The notes under the pieces were generated by a model. It made no database searches. It was not told the origin of the DNA and saw nothing but the letters and a program-made list of their open reading frames with translations. Both the position numbers and the translations under genes were made by a program. Below are positions 38,177-47,304 of a stretch of DNA of 53,671 bases, piece after piece. The stretch is from the IMG/VR virus record IMGVR_UViG_3300045911_000047, positions 1 to 53,671 of that record. One strand, given 5' to 3'. Source of the stretch: a virus. Taxonomy: Duplodnaviria > Caudoviricetes. How positions within the stretch are numbered: the stretch's first letter is position 1; the number at the start of each line of letters is the position of its first letter.

Positions 38177-38874
38177 ACACCTCTATAGATAATAGATAAC
38201 ATTAAGGTATTAGCCCCAGCGGCGTAGGCTCCAGAATTATCTATCCTTATTGTACCTTCATTAGCTAGAGCAAGTCTTCTATTTACAGAGACCACTGCAT
38301 AATTATGGCTTGGAGAGTTTAAGGTACCATGCCCTATTAGGATATTAGGAACAGCTCCAAAAACAGTAACAGGCAGATTAATATACAATTCTGTACCAGA
38401 CCCAGCCAAGGTAAAGTCTATATGCATCCTAAGAGATACATCCTTAGTTACATTATTAACGGAATATTCTGAGAGATTAAACACTATCCCAGAGGCAGCT
38501 AGGGTTCCATTGCCCGTTATGGCAGTAGTCCAGTTATTCCAGCCAGAGAACGCTGGCGGCCCTGCTAGTACAAACATAGTGCTAGCAGGCACTACAGTTC
38601 CCGGAGGTGGATTGACTGCTTGACATTCATTAACAACCACCATCTCTCCAGTTACAGCATTAAAAGAAGTTATCTTTAGATATCCGTATGTAGGACTATA
38701 AAGGTAGCTTCCAACAGATACGTTCTTTAGATTTGCAAATGTGAGTACAGCAGTGGAATTGCATGCAGGCAGATTAAAAGAGTTCTGAACTACAAGAGCG
38801 CCACACACTGTTGCACAATTTGTAGTAGATACGCATGTAGTTACTATATTACTATTGCACCCACAATTACTCAT
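38173..38874 (-). CDS. putative tail fibre/appendage protein
   Basis: N-terminal domain (F/W)N.P.C...AV...GSYL....GY..I.S...PGT.VP shared with 36716. Confidence 0.55.
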   Translation of the reverse strand: MSNCGCNSNIVTTCVSTTNCATVCGALVVQNSFNLPACNSTAVLTFANLKNVSVGSYLYSPTYGYLKITSFNAVTGEMVVVNECQAVNPPPGTVVPASTMFVLAGPPAFSGWNNWTTAITGNGTLAASGIVFNLSEYSVNNVTKDVSLRMHIDFTLAGSGTELYINLPVTVFGAVPNILIGHGTLNSPSHNYAVVSVNRRLALANEGTIRIDNSGAYAAGANTLMLSIIYRGV

Positions 38875-39239
38875 AAGTCCTCTATTAACATATAATCTTT
38901 CTTTATAACATCTAATAACTTAGATAATGTATTCCTACTTTCCCTTACAGAGTTACCATGTCGCACCCCTACCAAGATACACCCTTCAGTATCTGCCACA
39001 GTGTTCCCAGCATGGATTAGTATCCCAGATCTACCTTTGACCTCAGATACAGCAATACATTTTCCATGCCTAGATGATAATATAGATTCTACAGGATAAA
39101 TACCTAAAGGAATACAGGATATATTCTGCGCATTCTGTCTCCAAGGTAATTCCAAGGTGTCACAAAAGTAATGCCCGTCTACGATTAGTACGCCTAAGGT
39201 CTCAGTATTGGATCGTTTGTACCTAAAAATTCTAAGCAC
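38871..39239 (-). CDS. DUF5675-like L,D-peptidase-fold protein, putative endolysin
   Basis: TLG.L, TLELPW..N, SCIP.G.Y, RSGILIHAGN, DTEGCILVG. Confidence 0.8.
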   Translation of the reverse strand: MLRIFRYKRSNTETLGVLIVDGHYFCDTLELPWRQNAQNISCIPLGIYPVESILSSRHGKCIAVSEVKGRSGILIHAGNTVADTEGCILVGVRHGNSVRESRNTLSKLLDVIKKDYMLIEDL

Positions 39240-39546
39240 TACAAACCTGCGTATTAGTAGGGGTTATCCCAGTCACTATTGAATTAGTATTCTCATTTAT
39301 ATACGTAACGATAAAAGACGTAGGCGGTAGTTGTGCGGTATCAAACCACCGAATAACTTGGATTCTATCCCCTACAGAACCCCAAGCCCCAGCTACAGTA
39401 ACAGTTAGGCAGCTAGTTATGGGCACTAAGGATTGTTTACAGAGGATCTGTTGTAAAAGACAAACGACATCCGAGCAACATCGCTCTAACTCTGAGCTTT
39501 GCTTAGTGCACCCAAGATCTTTAACACCAAAAGAGGCAACAACCAC
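39232..39546 (-). CDS. hypothetical Cys-rich virion protein
   Basis: GGAGG upstream of GTG; LQQILC resembles LQILC in 40492. Confidence 0.6.
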   Translation of the reverse strand: MVVASFGVKDLGCTKQSSELERCCSDVVCLLQQILCKQSLVPITSCLTVTVAGAWGSVGDRIQVIRWFDTAQLPPTSFIVTYINENTNSIVTGITPTNTQVCSA

Positions 39547-39595
39547 AAAAATCCTCCGTAATACATTGTATCCTAAAGCCTATATTAGCCCAATA

Positions 39596-39808
39596 CTATT
39601 CTTTAGTTTTATTCTTAGCCCACTGCCTTGGAGTGAATACCAATTCCTCAAACTGATCGTCTGTATGGAATGTGACAGTGACCGAGACATCCAAGAAATC
39701 AGCAAACTCTTGAACATCATCCTTGAATATTTCTAATTCTTTCTTTATCTTTGCTAAAGCTATTTCCTCTTTATTTCCCATATCTGTACCCTCCCTAACT
39801 AACACCAC
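39596..39808 (-). CDS. hypothetical protein
   Basis: GGAGG before the internal Met (MGNKEE). Confidence 0.6.
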   Translation of the reverse strand: MVLVREGTDMGNKEEIALAKIKKELEIFKDDVQEFADFLDVSVTVTFHTDDQFEELVFTPRQWAKNKTKE

Positions 39809-40490
39809 ACAATGGTAATAAATTTACACCACTTGGTGGCGCTGAATCAATTAAAGCATACTCTAGGAAAGCGCTATTCTTATTAGCTCCAGTAAAAGTT
39901 ACTGACATCGTATTAGAAGAAGGTGTGCCTAGATCCCCATCAGAAGATACCATTCCTATGGTATTATAAGCTTGGATCTCATTCTGGGTTGTTACCCCTC
40001 CAGAATACGCTGTAGCTACAGAGTTATCCTGTGCTCCAGTGTATGCATAAAATCCTACTAACTTACAATTAGGATTCGATGTAGGGCCTATAGGATTATT
40101 ACTTTGTGGCGAGCCGCCACTAGCTGTTCCAGTAACAGAGGAGTCTAGGTATGTAGGAGATGCTACACCTGAATAAACCCTAGCATGTATAACATAATTA
40201 TAGGATCCAGATAAGATTGGCCCACTTATAGTAGTAGATGCTCCTGCAAAGGCGCTTATTACAATAAAAGATTGAATTTGTATCCCAGCAGAGTTTACAG
40301 ATGAAAGGAAATCAGTATACGTATTACCTAAGGTATCACTGGGAGAGCCTGCCACAGGAACTAAGATAGGAGCAGGCAAGGCATAGGTGTACATTATCAG
40401 ATCTCCAACAGCTATTGAATTAGACAAGGTAATACTAGGATTAGTTCCACTTCCTGTATTAGTTGCTGTTTGAGTTAATACTATTGCCAC
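39795..40490 (-). CDS. beta-rich Ser/Thr/Gly-rich virion appendage protein
   Basis: Composition and context. Confidence 0.55.
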   Translation of the reverse strand: MAIVLTQTATNTGSGTNPSITLSNSIAVGDLIMYTYALPAPILVPVAGSPSDTLGNTYTDFLSSVNSAGIQIQSFIVISAFAGASTTISGPILSGSYNYVIHARVYSGVASPTYLDSSVTGTASGGSPQSNNPIGPTSNPNCKLVGFYAYTGAQDNSVATAYSGGVTTQNEIQAYNTIGMVSSDGDLGTPSSNTMSVTFTGANKNSAFLEYALIDSAPPSGVNLLPLCGVS

Positions 40491-40491
40491 A

Positions 40492-41802
40492 TTAAGGAGC
40501 TATAAAACCACTAACAGAAATATAAATTGTTGTACTAGCTGTCTCAGCTTGTACAAACAAGGCAGTGTTGGCATTGGTAAAGAAAGGCACATGCAATGTT
40601 ACATTAGAGCCTCCTTTATTAGGAGCTATTGTCCTCCATAATGTTGCTCCTCCTGATCCATTCTGGAATGTGATCAATGAATCATTAGTGCCTGTATTAG
40701 TAATAGAGATATTAGTTACATAGATCCTAAGACCTGCTCCAGCAGCTGCTACTAAAGAGGTAGAAGATGTATTCGTCAAGGATAAATTGCCAAATACATA
40801 AGAATTAACAGGAGCAAAAAGATTTACTAACCTTCTACCAAAGGAATCTACAACACCTACAGATATATCTAAGTTAGCATCCGTTCTATTCGCTAAGGAA
40901 TCAGTTCTAAGGAACAAGGAAGGTATACCAGAAGCATTACTTGTAGTAGGCTCATCATTTGTATAAATGGATCGCTCAGAAAACGCTAAGGCATTTGCCC
41001 TAACCAAGGTCTCTAAGCCAACCCCCTTCACCGTCTTAGCATTGGCAATATAATCCCCTTCTTGAGCAAGGTCTATTAGGTTCTGATTCGCTACCCCCAA
41101 TGGAAATACACCAAAATGCCCAGAGGCATGAGGAGCATCTTCTTGCTTTAATAACCCAAGCGTAGAACTAGTCTGATCTGAGGCCTGTACTGCAACCTTT
41201 AGATGCCCTGCAGGGCCAGTTGATAAAGGAATATACTCTTGGTTAGCATTGGTAAGTATAGAATCAGCATCATTTCGAACCCCTAGAATGAACTGCCCCA
41301 CTGAACCAGAAACATGAGCTGAGTCTTCTGCGTAGATCCCAGAGCATCCACCAGCCTGCACCAATGACCAATTAGTAGGCGCTGTAGAGGCTGTCCTATC
41401 TAATAAAAGATATACAGGCGTCCCTAGAACGCCATTATTTACAGGAATCTGAACAATCTTATTAACACCATTATCGCAGATTAGATACTCAATTACAGAT
41501 ACAGAGCCACCACATGCAACCAAAGAACTAATAGAACCAGTGTACACTGATCCATTTAGGTTATAGGCCGTAGGGGTTCCACGAGTACCATCTACATTAT
41601 AATTATAACTATAGATTACAGGCTGTCCTGTATTTGGATCACATAGAATCTCTACATCAATCCTATTCCCGGGCAACCCGCCACCACCGCCCCCACTATT
41701 AGCAATAGAGCATAGGATCTGTAGAACTGCCGCCTGATAAGAACTTTGAACCCTTGCAAGCTCTATAGGATTACAACATGGATCGCAATTCGATCTAGGC
41801 AT
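40492..41802 (-). CDS. putative fibre/appendage protein with internal repeats
   Basis: Three ~60-aa repeats (ED.AH.SG..G...LGV...D/EY) and two ILCD-type repeats. Confidence 0.55.
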   Translation of the reverse strand: MPRSNCDPCCNPIELARVQSSYQAAVLQILCSIANSGGGGGGLPGNRIDVEILCDPNTGQPVIYSYNYNVDGTRGTPTAYNLNGSVYTGSISSLVACGGSVSVIEYLICDNGVNKIVQIPVNNGVLGTPVYLLLDRTASTAPTNWSLVQAGGCSGIYAEDSAHVSGSVGQFILGVRNDADSILTNANQEYIPLSTGPAGHLKVAVQASDQTSSTLGLLKQEDAPHASGHFGVFPLGVANQNLIDLAQEGDYIANAKTVKGVGLETLVRANALAFSERSIYTNDEPTTSNASGIPSLFLRTDSLANRTDANLDISVGVVDSFGRRLVNLFAPVNSYVFGNLSLTNTSSTSLVAAAGAGLRIYVTNISITNTGTNDSLITFQNGSGGATLWRTIAPNKGGSNVTLHVPFFTNANTALFVQAETASTTIYISVSGFIAP

Positions 41803-41803
41803 A

Positions 41804-43441
41804 TTATATGAAGTCCTTCAGATCTATATTCTGTGCTATCAATACATTAGAGATTGATGTTGGATGTAGACCATCCCTAGTGTACGGATCATATATCTTG
41901 TAGGTATCACCAACGGCTGGGGTAGGTGATATAATAGCTAGGGTCTCAAAAATATTAGCAGTGTTACCTGCAATACTCACCCTTTGACCTAACGCAGCAC
42001 CGCTAGTTATCTCTACTACATATCCTTTCCACTGATTAAGAGTCCAGTTCTTTATAGAATCTGTATAACTTGCGCCTGTTATAGAGGTTATACTCCCTGT
42101 AACAAGAGATGCGGCTTGAGCAGGTGGCCAATAACCACCATTTAAAGCATAAACCCCTTGAGAGTTCATTTCAAAGTTCTTACAAATGTCTATAACAGCT
42201 ACCTTCTTAGTGGTCTTGTACGTAGATAACACATTAGTTACAAAACCATCAGGGCCAGTATCACGAAGCCAATTATTCACCTCCACACGCTTAGACTCAA
42301 AGCTAGTTACAGATTGATTAGCTATAGTTAACCAACCATCTGTAGAAGTAGTCCTTGGTAAAAACGTAGTATGAATATAATTCTTATTCTGAGATAAATA
42401 ATACCAAGCTATATTAACTATCTTAGCTTTGATCTGAGCAACAGTTAATGAAGGTAGATCATTGGTACCACAATTATTAACCACTGTATCATGGAACTGA
42501 GCAAGCCATCTTCTAGCATAAGATTGAGATGCATTCTCCATCCTACCTAGAATCTCAGAGTTAATTCCAAACGCAGTATATGCAACCTTTGGGGTAGCAT
42601 TTAAAGAGTATACCCTTGATAATTGCCCAGTAGCATATCGCTCAAAAGGGCCACCACGTTGGATCTTGAAACCACCATCATCTAGACCAGAAATAATAGA
42701 ATCCCCTAAGAATATAATAGACTTAGGCCTATAAGAAGGATCACGTGGCTTCCCTAGGATCAATACAGGATAACACTGACCTCCTGTGGTGGATATATTG
42801 ATATTTCCAGAACCATCATAAACACGATCAGCACTTTCTGCGCCTTCCCCAGAGTTTAAACCTCCTATACCAGTACCTCCTACAAGACCGCCACCGCCCA
42901 TGTACTGCTCTGTATTAGAAGTGAAAACACCAGTACGTACAAAGAAACGCTCATTCTTATTTACTTCAAAAGGAACAGGATCGGTTATTAAGAATGACCC
43001 AACATCTAATGGCATTAATCTAGCACCCCTAGCAGTCACCCATGGTCTTGGAGCTGTTTGAGCATTCAGATTACCTCCAGCAACCTTCTCCAAAGATGCC
43101 CTAATATTCATAGGGTTATTACCTAATAACTCTAATCCACCAGATTGTCTAAAGTTACCATAGATCAAGACAATAGAAGAGGCATCAAACAAAGCTATAT
43201 GCCTTGATCTGGCAGTTCGAACACCAGCACCATTGACTAATCCAAACCTCATCTGACATCCTTCGGTTGCCAAAGGGTAATACCCCCTATAACCATGATC
43301 AGCTACTATATGATCTGCATAAACATGTTTAAAAGGCTTATCTGGACTTCCTATGTTTATTGTATGACCTTTAGTAGGAATTATATCTGTATGAGGCCCT
43401 CTAGGGTCATCCGTCCAAACTTTATCCTTTCCGTATGTCAT
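41804..43441 (-). CDS. SGNH/GDSL esterase-containing virion protein (tailspike deacetylase candidate)
   Basis: FLGDSI, GTNDL, DGLHP. Confidence 0.8.
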   Translation of the reverse strand: MTYGKDKVWTDDPRGPHTDIIPTKGHTINIGSPDKPFKHVYADHIVADHGYRGYYPLATEGCQMRFGLVNGAGVRTARSRHIALFDASSIVLIYGNFRQSGGLELLGNNPMNIRASLEKVAGGNLNAQTAPRPWVTARGARLMPLDVGSFLITDPVPFEVNKNERFFVRTGVFTSNTEQYMGGGGLVGGTGIGGLNSGEGAESADRVYDGSGNINISTTGGQCYPVLILGKPRDPSYRPKSIIFLGDSIISGLDDGGFKIQRGGPFERYATGQLSRVYSLNATPKVAYTAFGINSEILGRMENASQSYARRWLAQFHDTVVNNCGTNDLPSLTVAQIKAKIVNIAWYYLSQNKNYIHTTFLPRTTSTDGWLTIANQSVTSFESKRVEVNNWLRDTGPDGFVTNVLSTYKTTKKVAVIDICKNFEMNSQGVYALNGGYWPPAQAASLVTGSITSITGASYTDSIKNWTLNQWKGYVVEITSGAALGQRVSIAGNTANIFETLAIISPTPAVGDTYKIYDPYTRDGLHPTSISNVLIAQNIDLKDFI

Positions 43442-43712
43442 ATACCTTCTCCAATAATCCCCAAGAATCTAAACCATGTAAAATAATTATTATAAATGCG
43501 GCTATACCTGCCAATAAAAGTAATACATCTTTTCCAGAGAATTTATCAGTTCTTGATATAGCCGTAGTCGCTACAGTGATTAAAGCCTTAGACAAAGTTT
43601 CAAATCCACCATGAAGTGTATCTTTGATTTCCACCACATGCAGATTCAAATCATCTATTTTCTTCTCTAAGACTTCCATTCTTTTTTCAGCATTAAAAAA
43701 AGCTTTATTCAT
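43422..43712 (-). CDS. coiled-coil plus single transmembrane protein, holin candidate
   Basis: N-terminal coiled coil, then VLLLLAGIAAFIIIIL. Confidence 0.55.
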   Translation of the reverse strand: MNKAFFNAEKRMEVLEKKIDDLNLHVVEIKDTLHGGFETLSKALITVATTAISRTDKFSGKDVLLLLAGIAAFIIIILHGLDSWGLLEKVYDIRKG

Positions 43713-43727
43713 ATTTACAAAAGATCA

Positions 43728-43746
43728 GAGGGGGCAATGCCCCCTC
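43728..43746 (-). terminator. GC-rich hairpin after the capsid gene
   Basis: GAGGGGGCA-N-TGCCCCCTC followed on the minus strand by TGATCTTTT (imperfect U tract). Confidence 0.7.
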
Positions 43747-43757
43747 CTTAAAAAACC

Positions 43758-45596
43758 CTATGTACATTGTGAAACTACAGGCCCAGTGCCACAGCTTGGG
43801 CATGTTGCATCCGTTGTAGGCGGTACACAGACACTAACAACGCCACCGACTTTGTCACAGAACGCCGTATTGCCGATATCCACCTTCCATGTAGATGTAA
43901 CCATATCAAACGATACAACAGTCGCAGATACCGTAGTACCATTTCCATAGTACAATGTAACCACCTTGTTAACAGCATCAGCTTTGATCGGATTACTGAG
44001 TACCAGATCAAGTCTAGTATTATCGTTACAATCAACCTCGTAACTAATAACATTTGCTGAGCAGCCAAGTGTATTATCACAGAATAGACTGACGAAGTTA
44101 CAGTTAGGAGGTAACTGTCCTGTATAGATCACCTCAATAGTCTTCCTATCAGAAGATACTGCTACTAAGGTAGTATTCAAATATCCGCCAGTATCTAAGC
44201 CCAATTGAATAGTGTCATCTGGAACTACCAACGAGCTAAGCGGAGCAGATAGTTGAATAAATGCTCTGTTAGATTCTGTTGGATGTAGATAGCTACTTAG
44301 TATCAATGGACATGGACATCCCACAGGCGGTACCTCATTAGTACAAGTCTCAGTTACTGGAGGACATGATTGTTCTGGCAAGAATGTAGCAATAGCGCTC
44401 ACTTTTGGTCTCTCTACCAAGATACCTATCACACCCTCACTTGCCGCAGAAGATACAGAGATCTTAGCAGCAGTAATAAAGAATCCACTTCTCCTTAACG
44501 GATCTGTAGGAGTCTCAGGGTTCACAAACTTCCAATAATCAAAGTAACTAGGCTCAGGGCCAAAAGAAGTGTTACTGCCTAAAGAAGTCTCTGTAGGTAA
44601 TACCATAATCTCCATTGGGGTTTTACCCATCAATAGAACTTCCTCATACTCCGCACTCTCATATGCAGGATTCAATCCAGTATAGGATCCATAGTTCATA
44701 GGTATTCCTTGAACTGTAGGTAGCACCTGAACTAGGTTTCCTTGAGAGTCCTTATTGAATCTTCTAGGCCATAAGAAAGTAACTGGGAAGAACTGCCCCT
44801 GAATTGTGTTAACAAAGTTGTACTTGGTAATTAGGCTATTAGCATAGCCTGAGAACCTAAGATCCTGCCTTAGATTAGGATCATCCCTATACATATGCGA
44901 GATTAATTGCTTTGAAGCAACCAATGCATATACAGGAGAACCTTGGATAACCTCATAAGGTTCAATCTCAGGCATCTTAACCATCCACTCATAGAAGAAC
45001 TCTAGAATGTATGGGTTTAATGCTGAGATTCTTGCATTACCCAAAGGTCTATAAACATAAGGATTATCAGGATTTGGTTTAACGCCCGTAGAATCTACAA
45101 CAAACTTTTTAGCAATCTGAGTTAGGAAGTTAAAGTTAATATTCACTTCCTTCATCCAAGATACTTGCCTATAGAGATTCTCTACGAGTTTAGAGAATAC
45201 CTCTTTGAAATGAGCAGTTGTCTGAATATCTGCAATGCAGAACTCCTCTGAGACAAGCTCCCTTTGCATCAGCTCGCGGATCTTTTGATTAAAACCAAAA
45301 CCGCCAACCTTAGTTATATTATAACCACAACCGGGGCCTTGACATGGATCACAACCTACATTGTTTCTAAGCTTCGCCCATTTATCAAAGCTGGTCTCTA
45401 TAGGAGGCATTTCACCACGGAACTCAAGCTGAATCATAGCGGTTCCTTGACCAGTTTCCCATGGAATGATCTTGGCCGCATCACCAATAAAGGAGGGTGT
45501 TCTGATTGTGTAATCTTTGATTTCTTTTGCGAGTGCAGGAGGAGCTGCGAAAAACGCTCCCCTAACCTCGTCTAAGGAAAGTAAACAATTAGACAT
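43758..45596 (-). CDS. major capsid protein with a ~200-aa Cys-rich C-terminal extension
   Basis: Follows portal and scaffold, has its own leader and a downstream terminator; the call is mostly by synteny. Confidence 0.7.
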   Translation of the reverse strand: MSNCLLSLDEVRGAFFAAPPALAKEIKDYTIRTPSFIGDAAKIIPWETGQGTAMIQLEFRGEMPPIETSFDKWAKLRNNVGCDPCQGPGCGYNITKVGGFGFNQKIRELMQRELVSEEFCIADIQTTAHFKEVFSKLVENLYRQVSWMKEVNINFNFLTQIAKKFVVDSTGVKPNPDNPYVYRPLGNARISALNPYILEFFYEWMVKMPEIEPYEVIQGSPVYALVASKQLISHMYRDDPNLRQDLRFSGYANSLITKYNFVNTIQGQFFPVTFLWPRRFNKDSQGNLVQVLPTVQGIPMNYGSYTGLNPAYESAEYEEVLLMGKTPMEIMVLPTETSLGSNTSFGPEPSYFDYWKFVNPETPTDPLRRSGFFITAAKISVSSAASEGVIGILVERPKVSAIATFLPEQSCPPVTETCTNEVPPVGCPCPLILSSYLHPTESNRAFIQLSAPLSSLVVPDDTIQLGLDTGGYLNTTLVAVSSDRKTIEVIYTGQLPPNCNFVSLFCDNTLGCSANVISYEVDCNDNTRLDLVLSNPIKADAVNKVVTLYYGNGTTVSATVVSFDMVTSTWKVDIGNTAFCDKVGGVVSVCVPPTTDATCPSCGTGPVVSQCT

Positions 45597-45748
45597 AATA
45601 AGCCCTTAAAATAAGTAATAAACAATTAATTTATTTCCCATTCCCAGGCTTGTAACGGAGCTATCCGAATAAAGGTATGGTGCAGGTATTACGACCCTAC
45701 GCAACTCGTAATAACAAGATACTGTAAAATCGTCTATTTTAGCAATAG
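45597..45748 (-). promoter_or_regulatory. capsid gene promoter and structured 5' leader
   Basis: TTGCTA-18-TATCTT; TATTACGA/TCGTAATA stem; CGGA-TAGC-TCCG hairpin. Confidence 0.45.
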
Positions 45749-47002
45749 CTATCTTCTAGCATATTGACGCCCAGCCTCCAGAAGGGCATTAATTCTATCT
45801 GCCCTAGTCTCTTCCTTAGGAGCCATGCCCCCATTAGGCCCATGCGTAAATCCTACCTTTGGACGTTCATAGGAGGTTTTCCTACGACTAGTTTCCACAA
45901 GCTCCTCGACCAAAGATAACGCTCTATCCCTAGTCTCATGAGCTACAGCAGAGGTGTGTGCCCTTTGAGTCATATTTGCTAAGGCATAAGCTAGATCATC
46001 AGGCAATTCTGTTAGCCCATGCTTTGCAAGCATAGTCACTATTTTTCCATACTCAGTTGCAGCTTTTACAGTTATAGGCTCAACGTAGGTGCTATTAAAC
46101 TCTGTATCATCTGGCCTTGGGATAAGCTCTATGATTTTCCCTTCCTTTTGTATGTCATTTAAAGACCTTTCCCAAGCTGCTTTAGCCTTAGAAGATATGG
46201 TATGCATACGAGATTGGATAGCTTCAGCGTGGGAACGCTCTAATTCCTCAATGATTTTCTGAGGCTCATTCTCGGCTTCTTTTGCTTGGATAATTATTTC
46301 CTTTGCGTCTTTTAAATGTTTTTTAATCTCTATAGCATCAAGATCATCAAAGTTTTCCCGAAGGTATTGATTTAATTCCCTAGAATTCTCTATCTTCAAT
46401 AATTCCTCTTCCAACCCTTCAGGAGCCTCATAGTTCTTAAGCACAGATTTAATGTTTTCTTTTATAGTCTGTAAAGGTTCTATAAATCTTTTTCGATACT
46501 CTGGAGAAGACTTTAGAGCATAGATTTTCTCATACTTTTCTAACTCTTTAATTCTCTTTTCTTTCTCAGAGAGAAACTCAGGTACAATAGTACCATTACG
46601 AATCCCCTCTAATTCCTCCATTAGCTTCGAGTATTCTTCTTCTTTTTTCTTTAATTCCGCCTTTAACTCTTGGTTAGCTTTCCTTAATTTTGAAAAATTT
46701 AATTCTTTGTCCGAAAGAATCTCCTCTACTATTTCTGTAGGCTTTGGTTCTTCTGTCTTTTGGACAATCTTTGGCTCTTCAGTAGGCTTAGTCTCTTCAG
46801 TAGGCTTAGTCTCTTCAGTAGGCTTAGTCTCTTCAGTAGGCTTAGTCTCTAACTTCGCTTCCTCTGGCTGCTTAATCTCTGTAGAAGTTACTGGTTTATT
46901 CAATTGACTAGTCGGCTCACGCTCCATTATCTTCTGAAGAAGTTCCATTGGATTAGATGCATCTGGTAGATTTGCTTTTACCTGTTCTTCTATCGCTCCC
47001 AT
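45749..47002 (-). CDS. capsid scaffolding protein
   Basis: Glu/Lys-rich coiled coil between portal and capsid. Confidence 0.65.
   Translation of the reverse strand: MGAIEEQVKANLPDASNPMELLQKIMEREPTSQLNKPVTSTEIKQPEEAKLETKPTEETKPTEETKPTEETKPTEEPKIVQKTEEPKPTEIVEEILSDKELNFSKLRKANQELKAELKKKEEEYSKLMEELEGIRNGTIVPEFLSEKEKRIKELEKYEKIYALKSSPEYRKRFIEPLQTIKENIKSVLKNYEAPEGLEEELLKIENSRELNQYLRENFDDLDAIEIKKHLKDAKEIIIQAKEAENEPQKIIEELERSHAEAIQSRMHTISSKAKAAWERSLNDIQKEGKIIELIPRPDDTEFNSTYVEPITVKAATEYGKIVTMLAKHGLTELPDDLAYALANMTQRAHTSAVAHETRDRALSLVEELVETSRRKTSYERPKVGFTHGPNGGMAPKEETRADRINALLEAGRQYARR
46775..46850. repeat. 18-bp tandem repeat x4 (CTCTTCAGTAGGCTTAGT) encoding TKPTEE
   Basis: Seen directly. Confidence 0.92.
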
Positions 47003-47304
47003 AATTGTTTAATTTCCTCCTCAGTCAAATACTCATTCCCTTGTGTCGCCCCATAACTGGGCCTTAATGTACCCCTGTTTGCTGTAGTAAGGAATTTCTC
47101 TTTAAAGTACATCAGATTCTCTAGGGCTTCCATGTACCCTGCTACAAACCCTGCTGCATTTGCCATAGCATCTCGGTTATCTGATAGCTTAGGTCTAGCC
47201 AAGGTTTGCAAAAACTCTATTAGGCTTGGGTTTGATTTTAATTCGTTTGATATCCTAGACACCGCTATAGGGTCTACATTTTTTAAGATCTCATTCAAAA
47301 TCAT
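46990..47304 (-). CDS. hypothetical protein between portal and scaffold
   Basis: Overlap-coupled ORF. Confidence 0.7.
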   Translation of the reverse strand: MILNEILKNVDPIAVSRISNELKSNPSLIEFLQTLARPKLSDNRDAMANAAGFVAGYMEALENLMYFKEKFLTTANRGTLRPSYGATQGNEYLTEEEIKQLWER

